NCBI GenBank assembly: GCA_009103225.1
Contig: RHPI01002402.1
Span: 839,412 to 903,411 of the forward strand
Direction: 5' to 3'
DNA length: 64,000 bases
From: Chlorokybus atmophyticus
Taxonomy: Eukaryota > Plantae > Mesostigma and Chlorokybus algae
In this document: piece by piece, positions 39,191-52,691 of the stretch
How positions within the stretch are numbered: the stretch's first letter is position 1
Layout of the letters: each line of letters begins with the position of its first letter
Translations under genes and position numbers: made by a program
The notes under the pieces: model-generated
Told to the model about the DNA's origin: nothing
What the model saw: only the letters and a program-made list of their open reading frames with translations
Databases searched by the model: none

Positions 39191-39242
39191 GCCGCCACCT
39201 AACTTACAACGCACTGCCATCGCTCGGCAGCCGCTTAGTCGT

Positions 39243-39250
39243 TAGGGTTT
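39243..39250 (+). promoter_or_regulatory. Orphan telo-box (TAGGGTTT) immediately followed by CACGTG; no protein gene starts nearby
   Basis: gtTAGGGTTTcacgtg in the HEME1/LeuB convergent gap. Confidence 0.4.
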
Positions 39251-39447
39251 CACGTGCATACGTCAGCTTGACATCACACTAGCCAGGCAGTTGCTGTCTA
39301 CGCCAATCCTGATCACACGGGCAGATGGAACTGCTGCTCCCCGTGTACTTGACCACGTCCGTTGCTTGGTCTTGTTAAATTTGTCGTAGTAGTGTAATAC
39401 TGTGACAGCATGCGCATGCCTTTGGTAAGAAACCCCCAGCAGTCGAC

Positions 39448-39531
39448 TTCCGTCATCACCAAAACAGTTCACGCAGCCACAGATGTCAGTTGACATCTGT
39501 GGCTGCGTGAACTGCTTTGGTGATGACGGAA
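39448..39531. repeat. Long fold-back hairpin: 41-bp arms, 2-nt loop, 1 mismatch; candidate small-RNA precursor
   Basis: ttccgtcatcaccaaaacagttcacgcagccacagatgtca-gt-tgacatctgtggctgcgtgaactgctttggtgatgacggaa. The mismatch is A-C on the plus strand and G.U on the minus strand. Confidence 0.95.
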
Positions 39532-39933
39532 CAGGGCTGTGCTGTGCATGCCAATGCCAGCTCGCACAGCATGTCAACAGTATGACGAGGCACAACAAGG
39601 CCTCAATGTTGCACCGCGCACAAGTGCACTGCACTGTCCTGGCAAGTAAACAGACCAAACAGAAGAGTGTAACATGTCATGAGCATCTTGACATGTTGCA
39701 AATGAAGATACCGAGCGCGTGCCCAACTTGTTTCAGTGACATCAAAATTGTTGTGTCGAAGTGATGAACCTGCTACTAAGCTCTTGCATTGGGCGCCAGT
39801 CCCCTAGCACCCCGTCATGGTCAAGCAACTGCGCATGGGTGCGTTATGCGTCTGCCGCAGCGTGGGCTATGTGCCTGCGTGGACCGGGGAGCTGCACGAA
39901 GCAGGATGCTTGCACAGGCATCACGCCAGGCCA

Positions 39934-42210
<2,277 letters not shown>

Positions 42211-42900
42211 TGTGCACGCCACCGCCGCCGCCACCGCCACCGCCGCTCAGGCAGCTGCAAACTCGCGCCAAACACTACTGAGATGAAACACCTCAGCATT
42301 GAGGATTAGTTCACTTCGGTCAGTAGTTCGTTCAATTGCTCGTCCAATGCGTCGGTCGTCTTGACAGTGCTGCAGCAAGCAGTGAGCGGCGGCGAAGGCG
42401 TGAGCGGTGTTTGCCAAGCTCGGAGGATGGACGACCAACGAGCTGACTGGTTGGCATTGCGTGGATTAAGACCCTTCACGACGCTGGTGTTTCGCTCGTG
42501 AAGTGGGCATCCGCCTTTCTTCTGCGCAAGCTTTTGGTTGACGTCAGCGACGGTAAGGGTGGGAGTGACGCTTGAATTGACAGCAGGCATGCTTGTGTCA
42601 ATCACGTACAGCTTTGAACACCACTTCCTTTGGGTTTGTGAAACACACTCATGGCAGGTTGAGGTTAGTTGTTACAATCGCCAGCAACAGCACGTGGTCT
42701 TGCCCGCAAGTGCTATCCCTGTTTCTGTCTGTGGCTGAGGATATCTTTGCTAGGGTGTCATGCTTTCATGGTGTCATGCTGCAAGACTGACAAGCCCTCT
42801 CTCGCTCCTAATCTCATGCATGCATGTTTGCTGCAGCACGTCGTTTGTTGATGCTGTTGTTGGCGAGCTGCCGTAAAAGTGCAGCAAGCAGCTTAGCAGC

Positions 42901-45232
42901 ATGCAGGCAGCAGCAGAGCACAACAGTCACACAGTTGAACGAAACTCTCTGCCATCAGAAGCGGCGACAACAGCAACCGCTGCAACAGCAGAAGACACAG
43001 TCAACAATGACAACAGCAATGCACCGTCACAGCCTACAACAGCAACAGCAGCAACAAGCAACAAGCAGCAGAAGAAGAATTCTTGGCCTGGACGTAAGAA
43101 AGCATCCAGCGGTAGCAAGCGAGCAAGGGAGGAAGGAGGAGGAAATGGAGGAGGTGAAGGAGCGCAGGTGGCCGCACACAAGCCGAAGTTCTGTCCAGGT
43201 GGTTGCGGGCGTTACGTGCTAGCGTACTCCCGTCACTGCGCTGGTTGTGGTTGGCGCAGGGTATGTGTGTAAGCGCACAGGAGGTGATGGTACTTCTCTC
43301 CTCTTAGACCCGTCCTGTTTGTGTACTAGCTTGCTTGATTGCCATGTATGCATTTGCTTTGGCAAGAACTTGGTCGTGCATGTAAGACTTGGTCAATTGC
43401 AGCCAACCAAGCCACACGATCACTTCCGGCTCTGTCCTGGCTGCAACCAGCGCATTGGCAGAGCAACCGTTGTACATGCAGCATGCGGCTGGCGAAAAGA
43501 AGGGCATGTCAAGAAGCCGCGCGTGATTACAAAACCCTGCCCCTCTGCGTCGTGTCGCAAGGTACATGAAAGTGCTGGTGTGATGCTGGGTCACACAACT
43601 TGGTTCACCCATTCAGGTTGAGAGTGAGCTCTCTCTTTGCTTCACAGGTTGGTCACAGAATACACAACAAGGTTGCGGCTTGCGATCGCTGCGGGCTTGT
43701 CATGCGCCCGGAATGCGACAGCACAGCAGCTTTGCTGCGCAGGCAATCAGACACCACGCGCAAGAAGAAGCGAACGCAGCAGCAGCAGGCCTCACAGTCT
43801 AACCCAACGACGGCCACAGAAACAACCACCTTAGCACTTGTTCCAGCATTGCAACCAGAGGTGTTACCACGCTCGCTACCTCCCTTGAGACACTGCACGA
43901 GGCCACAGCAGCAGAGGCCTCCAGCAGAGGCAGCTGTGCAGCTCGCAGCGTACAGCGATTCCGGCCTGCTGCCGACGTCTCTGCTGGAGGCGTCAGTCAG
44001 GCGCTTGCCTCATCACAACGGACCACAACTCGCCTATCGCGTGTGCGGCGCCATTGCATTGGACCTCCTGGACGAGGCCAACCGAGACTTGGAGACCTCC
44101 AATGTAACGGTGATGTTCTGTCCTGGCTTCAGGTCCACCATGATGGACGCAAAGGTAAAGTGTACTCACCAACAGTGCATGCATGCGCCAAAAAGCATGC
44201 TGATTGGCACACACACCTAGTTTTAAATTGCAGCGTGCTAACATGAGACCCAACTGCTGAGCAGGCTCAAGCGTTGGCAACGTGGGCAGAGGTCACCGGC
44301 AGGAGGTGCGTTCTGTTCGACTACTCCGGGCACGGAGAGTCCCTCGGACAATTCTTGGAAGGTAATAACTACTGATTCTCATGTGTTTTCAACACAATTG
44401 CTGCCGGCTCACGCATCATATTCATCATCAGGGTCGGCAACGCAATGGTTGGAAGACCTGCTGTCGGTAATGCAGGCAGCTGCACCCGGACGAGTGGTGC
44501 TCATTGGAGATGGCATGGGAGCGTGGTTGGCGCTGCTTGCTGCGCAGCGCGCACCGGCTGCAGTGGTCGGCATCGTGGGCATTGCATCCGCACCTGATTT
44601 CACTGAGGACTTCATTTGGAACCAGCTCTCTGATGCTGAGAGGAGGTGTGGCCTCGGTCGCAATATGCTGCTGGCCCTAGACACTACTGTTGTCCGCATT
44701 ACACGTGTTGCTTGTGTCCAGGACTTTGCAGGAGCAAGGGTTGATCTGGTACACTCGGTACGGCCTGGACCCTTTCCCGTGCTCCCTCCGCCTCATTCTG
44801 GACGCAAGGCAGCATCTTCTGTTGCGCAGTGACAGGAGACTGCTCGTGAAGTGTCCTGTCAGGTTACTGCATGGCATGGAAGATCAAGTAAGGCTTGCAC
44901 AATCTGAAGGGACCATCCAACATAGCTTAGATATTGTCTTCCAGTCTCATCCCCTGTGCATGCGAGTTGGTTGGTTTGCGCTGATCTGCATGTCCTGCAC
45001 AGGAGGTTCCTTGGCAGCATAGCCTGCGCCTGTTGAACACGTTGGACGCTGCTGACTCCAGCGTTACGCTTGTGAAGGTGAGCAGTCATATGCCACACGA
45101 AGTTGGAGTTGCCGTATACCTGAAGTCGCTGAGTGCGTTTGTTGCCAGGGCGCTGACCATCATTTTCTTCGGACCGAGGATCTGTCTCACATTACGTCTG
45201 CACTGGAGGCCATTCTGGTGACCATCAATTGA
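42901..45232 (+). CDS. Triple zinc-ribbon protein fused to an ABHD10-like alpha/beta-hydrolase domain with nucleophile Ser replaced by Gly (putative pseudo-enzyme)
   Basis: Exons begin 42901-43260, 43403-43561, 43648-44154 and continue to TGA 45230-45232, all joined by GT-AG in consistent phase. Zn ribbons: CPGGC..CAGCGW, CPGC..HAACGW, CPSASC..CDRCG. Hydrolase motifs: QLAYR, VMFCPGFRSTM..KAQAL, FDYSGHGES, QWLED, VLIGDGMGAWLAL, GIASAPDF, RLLHGMED|EVPW, GADH. Confidence 0.85.
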
Positions 45233-45849
45233 GGACTTGACATGTGGCAGCGGCGTGGCTGTACTTCAGCTGCACATTGTTAGTTTAATGAAGCAGTCCA
45301 CAACCTTGTATTGGCAAGGTGCCCAAGTCAGCATGCTGCGGTGGATCGGCTGCATGATGCTTGCAGTCGTTAGTGCAGAGTGCAAAGATGCGCTTGCAAG
45401 CTGCTGGGCGTAGCAATTGTAGATGAATGAATCTGGCCTTAGCGGTTGTAAGTGGATTTTGCCAGCCATTGCTGCATCATAGGTCATGTTCGGTAAATGT
45501 ACGTTGCTTGCATGACCACTTTGGAAAAGGTGCTGTTGACCATCACACGGATTTGCTGATGAGATTTCGGCATATGCCCCACTCTTGTCAGCTGATTCAA
45601 TAGCGAGTATTGCGTCGCTATGTAAGCCTGCAAAAGGTTTTGGAGGCTGCATGAAGGGTTGTAATCAACAATTCATGCATGATGAGTAAGCAAATACGAC
45701 GATTACCATATCTGAGCGACTACAATCCCGCTTTAGACAAACCCCCCCCCCAAAATCCATGGGGGTTGTTGTATTAGGGCTGTATTTTGCCCGTAAAAGA
45801 GGGGTAACAAACCAAGCCCCCCACCCACCCACCCCGAGTTTCGCGCGGC

Positions 45850-45930
45850 NNNNNNNNNNNNNNNNNNNNNNNNNNNNNNNNNNNNNNNNNNNNNNNNNNN
45901 NNNNNNNNNNNNNNNNNNNNNNNNNNNNNN
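45850..45930. other. Assembly gap (81 N) with low-complexity poly-C/poly-G flanks
   Basis: Run of N. The flanks (~45740-45849 and 45931-45940) resemble low-quality read ends. Confidence 0.98.
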
Positions 45931-47646
45931 GGGGGGGGGCGTTTTCCATTTGCACAAATACAACGTCATACGCGTTATTAAATCTGTATGCATGTTAAGT
46001 CTGTTTATATGCCACACGTATAAGGCTTATGAGCGGCAATTAATGCGTATCAGATTATGGTCCCCACGCGTACAACATCGTGGAGTCTTTAAGGTGATAG
46101 AGAGGATATACATCAAAGTAGTATGCACGGCTATTGCAAATCTTACTACAGTAAATTTACTTATGAAAGGGTGACCTCCCATATTATGGCGTAAATGTAA
46201 TATTGCCTAATTGCTTTCATAAGCATGCACATTACACATTTGAATGCATTATGTAATGTATCACACTGGACATGGCTTGCAAACGCGTTGCGTTGAGGCT
46301 GCACATAGTGATGAAATCTTGAATACATGTAACACTTACGTAGTACCTCATATGTCAGTAGGGTGATGTACGAATTCACTTCCACTCGCCCTAACATATT
46401 CATCACATAAAAAGGGTAGAAATCTCTTTACTTATGAAGCAATCAACTACATCTCACTTTATAATGAGTCAATATTGCAACATATAATAACAACAACCCC
46501 GCCATGAGGGTGGGAAGGAATGCCTCATTCATCTTTACGGATATTTACCTTACTGACGTATACGTTGTTCTTGCAATGCAAACATTTTGCTTGCATTGCA
46601 TATACATAGTGTGCGTATATCGCAATCGGCCAACACACAATGTTGTAGAGATTGTTTATTCCAAAATCAACATCACAATTTTGTGTGGTATTGAATTATT
46701 GGTTATGAACATAAATCTGTTTGTGTACATGTTACGTGCATGTGCCATGTCATGCACCGGTGCTCAACCACACACATGTGACTCACATCGCTTCAGACTC
46801 TGTGCTACAGACTAATTATGACAATCTGTAGCAAAGAAGCTTGAATTAAACTTGTTCACTTTCAGCTTGTTGATGCCTACCGCCTCGCCGCACAAATGCA
46901 CATAGCATAAATTTAGCACGTAATGTAATAAGCGTCTAATATGATTGAAGTTGTCTACCTCTGACTCTGCTACATGTTTGTCTTACGTCTGCTGATTCTT
47001 GATATTTCTTAATGGGTGTGCATGACTGACCTTGATCTACACCTTATGCATGTTGTGAGTCATAGAGCACACTTGTGGTTTGTGCAGTGTCACAACTTGT
47101 GACACCACATCAAATACAAGGGTCATAGCCCATGGCACAAACTGTCCTACAATCTGTTACAGACTGTCTGTGGCACAAGGCTTGTGTACTCCGTAGGTCC
47201 TGGCCACGCTGTAGGCTAGGAGGCTGAACAGAAGCGCGCGCGCGCCAAATTGGAGCTCGCAAATTGCAGCACCTTTTTGCTTGTTTGTGTCCCCCGCCAA
47301 TCAGTAGCCGCGCGGAGTTCGTTAAGCACGTTAGTGTAACGTGCTGGCCCCAACATCAACTACACCCACAGCCATATCGGCCGCAAAACGTTAGTTCTGT
47401 TCTCCCCTGTTTGCTGCATGCATGTGTGTATGCTTGTGCGCCTCGTTGACCTGGTTGCTGGCGGCGGTGGGGGCAGAGCAGCAGAAGGTGAAGGCGGGGC
47501 TGTTGAAGCTTGAGGATAGAGCTGGAATGACTGATGGAAGCGTGGCGCAGTGGGCCAGGAGCAATGCGGATGTGAGGTGTGCATTGTGGTGAAGATTAGG
47601 GTTGCTGTTGCTGGGGCGTGGAGGGTTGCTGCTGCTGGTGTGAAGC

Positions 47647-49778
47647 ATGGCCAGGGGCGGTGCGGCTGCGGCGCCGCCTGCTTCAGGGGTGGTGTCTCCC
47701 CCTGGCAAGAAGAAGCTGGACGTGGGCTCGCGTGTGGAGGTGCTGCAGGCCGACAAGGGCCTGCGGGGCGCCTGGTTCGCTGGGGAGGTGGTGGAGGCCA
47801 AGCCGCTGCGGCGGTCGGTGCGCTACGAGGAGCTGCTTGCGGAGGACGGGGGGAGCACCCGCCTCGTGGAGACGATCAAAGTGGGGCCGGCATTAGACGG
47901 CCGCCAAGTCACTGAGACACGCGCAGTGTCCAGATCCCAGCGCTCGCGGCAGCATTTCCTCAGTCGGGTGCGGCCGACCCCGCCCGCCGCCTTGATCACG
48001 CCGTCCAGCCTTCGGCCTGGGGACTGCGTTGACGTGCGCGTAGACGATGCCTGGTGCGTTCAACTTCGTCATGCATGATGTGCACGGTGTACAGTTTTGC
48101 AGGGCGCTGTACTGGTGGCGTTGGGGGTAGGTGTATGTATGTATGGGTAGCAGCATGGGGTTTGTTGCTCGGTGTTTAGTTCACAGTGTTACTTGAGCGT
48201 CTAAAATTATGCCTCATTGGTTTTAACATATGCGGGGTGCGGACAGGCCTTGATCTTCTCACCTGTGCTACTGGGACTTGGTGCCTGTTTTCCCGTAAAC
48301 ACAATAGTTCACGTGCAGTTTATTTCTAACTGCAGCTCTCACCCGTTCCAGTATGCGCAGCGCATGCTGTATGCATGTTCCTGCTCTTTGTCAACGTGTC
48401 TACCAGGGGCTCTACAGCTCAAAATGTTTGGTGGTCGTATGTGTTATTGCTCGGCAACTGCATGCATTGTAAAGTACTGTGACAGAAGCTCCCAGGGTCT
48501 GAATCGGTGTTTGCAGCTCATTGCTTCGCGGAGCTTTGACGTTTTGTCTTCATCATGTGTGATGTGGTTGAAATAACTGTTGGATCCGTTCTGGTGGGCT
48601 GATGCCCTTGGGCGTGCTTGCAGAGATTGTCGTCACGTATCAGTTGCCTGTTATTCGTGGTTGTGTAACTTTACCAAGTTATTGGTGAGTATCGCAGTCA
48701 GTGCTCATGCTACCAGATTGCATGCTTGCCATAGCTTGCGCTTCTCGTCCTGCGTGCCTTCTCCTCGCTCAAACAAACTGTCCAGTGGACGCCAGCGTTT
48801 CAAAGGCATGCCAAGCACGCAACTTGTGACAGTGCCTGTGCGCTGTTCTCATTACTCGTCCAACTGCCGTACAGGTGGGAGGCCATCTTCGTGCAGCGTG
48901 GCAGGGAGGAGGGCAAAGGGTTGCTTTTCTTTCCGGACGAGCTGGATAGGCAGGAGCGGCCATACGCAGACATGCGACCCGGTCAAGACTGGGATGATAA
49001 GACTGGCATGTGGCAACCAAGGACGGCACCGGAGGAGTGGCATAGCTGGATGGCCAAGCTGGAGCCCATTGAAGCCGCAGAAGATTCTGCGCCCCAAAGC
49101 ACCGGTCAAAGTGCAGACAGACAGCCGGCAGACATGAACGCCATCGGCGAGGCCGAGGATAAGTCCCTGATTCAGCGCCTGATTGAGGAAGGATGGAAGG
49201 TCGAGCAAAGCGCGCGCAAGCGCAAGCGAGAGCCGGAACTCTATTTCATTGAGCCTAATGGCACTGAGCTGACCTCAATCCAGCAAGTCCGCGCGCACAT
49301 CAAGGAGCAGGACAAGGATGGCAACGTAGACTCGGGGGAACACGCAGGCGAGGATGAGCATGCTGCCAATGCCAAAGCTGCCGCCCGCAAGGCGGCTGCA
49401 GCTGCCGTTGTCCACAAGGCCAACTCAACTCCTAGAAAGCGAGGGCGGCCTCCAAAGAAGAAACCTGAAGATGCCGCCAAGCCTGCGGCCGCCACGACGA
49501 CCACAACAGCACCTGCACCAGAACCAGCAACAGAACCGCAACCAGCTGCCCCACCTGCAGCAGCACCCATGGAAGGGTTCACAGAGCAAGTGTTTGCAGC
49601 CCTGGAGCCGTCAACTGTAGCTGCGGCACTGACGCCTATCGCCCCCATTGGAGGCCAACCAGAGGTGGACGCGACAGTGACAATGGAACAGGTTCTGATT
49701 GAAAATGCTACTCAGTCAGTAGCTGTTACCACTATCACTTCTGCAACAGTAGTCACAGACCCGCCGACGGTAATATGA
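47647..49778 (+). CDS. Tandem Agenet (Tudor-like) + MBD-like + AT-hook chromatin protein; 3' end uncertain
   Basis: KKLDVGSRVEVLQADKGLRGAWFAGEVV..VRYEELL, RVRPTPP..LRPGDCVDVRVDDAW|WEA..FFPD..QDWD; LIEEGWKVEQSARKRKREPELYFIEPNGTELTSIQQVRAHI (MBD-like); PRKRGRPPK (AT-hook). acg|gtaata near 49770 may be a donor leading to further small exons. Confidence 0.8.
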
Positions 49779-51820
49779 GTGGATGCTTGTGTGAATACAG
49801 CTTAGGGGACATGTGAATAGCGCCTACTACAGGCTATTGATACCGAGACAGCTGATGCTGAGGTTAACGCACTGTGGCAGCACTACAGCGTTGCCACAGT
49901 GTACACCATTGAGCAATGCAGTATGTGGCACGCAATGAGTTGCTGTGTTTGACAGGTTGCACTTTGTGAAGTCGTAAGTAGCTTCACAACATGCAGAGGC
50001 TGAATGCATGCACTCCAGTCGGGAGAGCTCTTTGCAGAGTGGATGCCGTACTTACGCACTAATCAGCGAAGTGGCTTGGAGACGAGAATTGCGTGTTAGC
50101 AGCCATCTCCATCAACGCATCTTGATTGCAATGCAGCGCTATACAATCTGTACACCAATGCAGCGCCAACTTCAATGAAAGACATGGCTTAGCTGGCTTG
50201 TGACAATTGCATCTCGTTAGTAACCTTGTGGTCCTTCCGTTGCCGTGCAGGTGGGCCCGACGGCCGGGAAGGGGTGCAGCTAGACGCATTGCACAAGCAA
50301 TACGCATCCTCATCAACACCTGCTTATGCGCTGCAAGTTACGTCAGATGTTTGCTGCACCCTCCCCATGCATTTGCCCATCTGGACACAGGCACATGCCT
50401 TCACCCGATGGTCAAGTTGGTGAGTGGTGGTTGTGGTGGGGCATTGCATGTTCATGTAGATTTGCATGTGCGAGTTCCTCCTTGCATCTTTTGTACAATT
50501 GCACTTAATGCAGCAACCATTGTAGGCAAATGTGATTGGGAACATGATCATATTTTATGTTGGGTAAACATTGATGCTTGTATTTGCATAGGGTATACAT
50601 CGTAGTCATCCAAAGACACACACACATGCTCATTGCGCAAACACACAGTGTACAAGAACAAGTCAGCTCGAACAAGCAAATACAATTGTTACACCCGGGG
50701 CCTTCACCTACTCTACACCATGCGAAGTGCCATATGTGCTATGTAAGTGTCGTGCATCATGATGACCTCCTGCAAGAGGCAGCCGCAGCAACTAACGGCA
50801 TAATCAACCTATGAATCACATGCATAAGCAAGGAATGGCAAGACAAGTGCGGTGATGTGCAGTGCGTGTTGTATGGTCTCCCGCCCATTGCATGCGCCAT
50901 TTCGCGGTTGTGTATCCTTCATATGAATACCATTGCAAAAGATATTCAACAGCAAGAATATGCACGTAGGTGTATACTGATGTTGGGATCGATAAAAATA
51001 AAACTTAGTTACACCCAATACATATGCATTGGGTATAGGAAGACATTATGCACACGCTATGCCAAGCTTACACAAACACAAGCATAACACATAAAGCACT
51101 CTTTATTTACACCACCACCTAAGCTAAGCTACATAGGCTTTTCTTAGGCTAGGCTACGTGAATGCAATTGCAAGTGCAAGAGCGTAGGTAGGGTAGGCAG
51201 AGGAGCAAGGGCATGCGTTATTTAAACACCACACCACGGGGAAATCGTTGCAAATGGGATGCCAGCCATTGTCTTTGCGTTGTAAGTCATGAATGAAATG
51301 GGCGGTTCAACGGCTGTATTTGCAGGTCTGTGAGAATGCAAGCACGCTCATTAAGCTGGCACCGCACGTTGTCTGTTCATGCGTCTCCAGACCCTCTTCT
51401 ACGCTTGTGTGCAAACGCACGGATTGCACTCGCTACCCTTTGCGCCCCATCACTTGCAATGCACCTATCATTAAAAGATTATTGTCACCACATTTTCTGT
51501 TATATAAAAGTTGAATTAGTTCACTTCCACTGAAGCATGCATTTGTCGCCAGTACGTACGCGAGTACTCTTAATGAAGTAAACATGGATACGTACGGTGG
51601 ACACATAAGCATGGTACTGGTGTCTTTGGTACGATAGGGTTCCAACTTTTGCGTTTTGCTGAACATGATCAAGCTTTTCATCACACCATTACATTTGCCC
51701 AAAGTGAGCAAGAAATTCTGCAATTCGTTATGGTTTTAATAATGCATGTGTATCTTCCAATGGGTTAATATAGCATTTAGTTCATACAATTGTACTTTCT
51801 GATTATTCATAACAAGAGGG

Positions 51821-51855
51821 CACACACACACACACACACACACACACGCGCGCGC
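51821..51855. repeat. (CA)n(CG)n microsatellite
   Basis: Direct reading. Confidence 0.9.
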
Positions 51856-51957
51856 AATTGATAGCATTGATCAATGTTTGAATTGAGGTCCAGTATAATG
51901 TGTGTCTGCTGCGGGTGCCATACACATATCATACTATGTGCATGAACATGTGGGTGT

Positions 51958-52056
51958 AATGCAAATGCGAGAGCGATTGTTTCTTATTGCTCAATAATTA
52001 CCCACATGTCAGTGCACTTTTTAGCAATAAGAGACGATTGCTCTCTCATTTGCATT
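51958..52056 (+). repeat. 99-nt hairpin: 34-bp arms, 31-nt loop; miRNA-precursor-like or a short MITE
   Basis: Left arm aatgcaaatgcgagagcgattgtttcttattgct; right arm agcaataagagacgattgctctctcatttgcatt. Three of the four differences form G.U pairs on the plus strand. Confidence 0.85.
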
Positions 52057-52691
52057 CGTGTATACAATTGTACCATGAGTTTGTGCCTCTCACCATGAAA
52101 ACATACAATTAGTTGGGAGAGCCTTGCAAAAATGCTTGCTATGTTCTATCTGACAATGTGAGTTGGAGATTAGGTTGGTGCCAGCTATCATTCGGCTTCA
52201 ACAGCACATAGCCTACCCTGCCTGCTGCCCGGTTATTGTAATGGCGCGTACAGACCACAATGCCCGGCAATTGCCGGGCATCATGAATGCTTTGTGTGAG
52301 TCCATGATTGTGGTCGCAGTGGCTTTACTGAAGGGTTTGGCAACACTTGCATCGAGTTGTTGGATTTGCGTGATGATTAGGTGTGCGTGATGTTGTGACA
52401 ATGGACTCTGCTGTGACCTAGTGGATATTGCCAATTTACTGGCTCAGTACACAACTCGCAGATGTCAACCAAGACACCAGCTTTACATGGCCATGTGTGT
52501 TACTCCTTGCTCTCCAAGCTGCACAATAAGTGCACCCACAAAACAATTACACACAGCATGACATGGGTAACTCAAGCTGTTGAGGTCCTTGGCTACATGC
52601 AATTTATACCGGCAGGCAGATGCACAGTAGATGCAGTCATGTCTACCGTGTTTCGCATCTCACAACCAAGCTCTGTGTGCATGACCCACCA

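Noticed and set aside
45266-45652. 128-aa minus-strand ORF next to the assembly gap
   Set aside because: No family motif, and upstream context is lost in the N gap; cannot be supported as a gene.
45740-45945. Poly-C/poly-G tracts flanking the gap as G-quadruplex or telomere-like elements
   Set aside because: They look like low-quality read ends at a scaffold join and contain no (TTTAGGG)n array.
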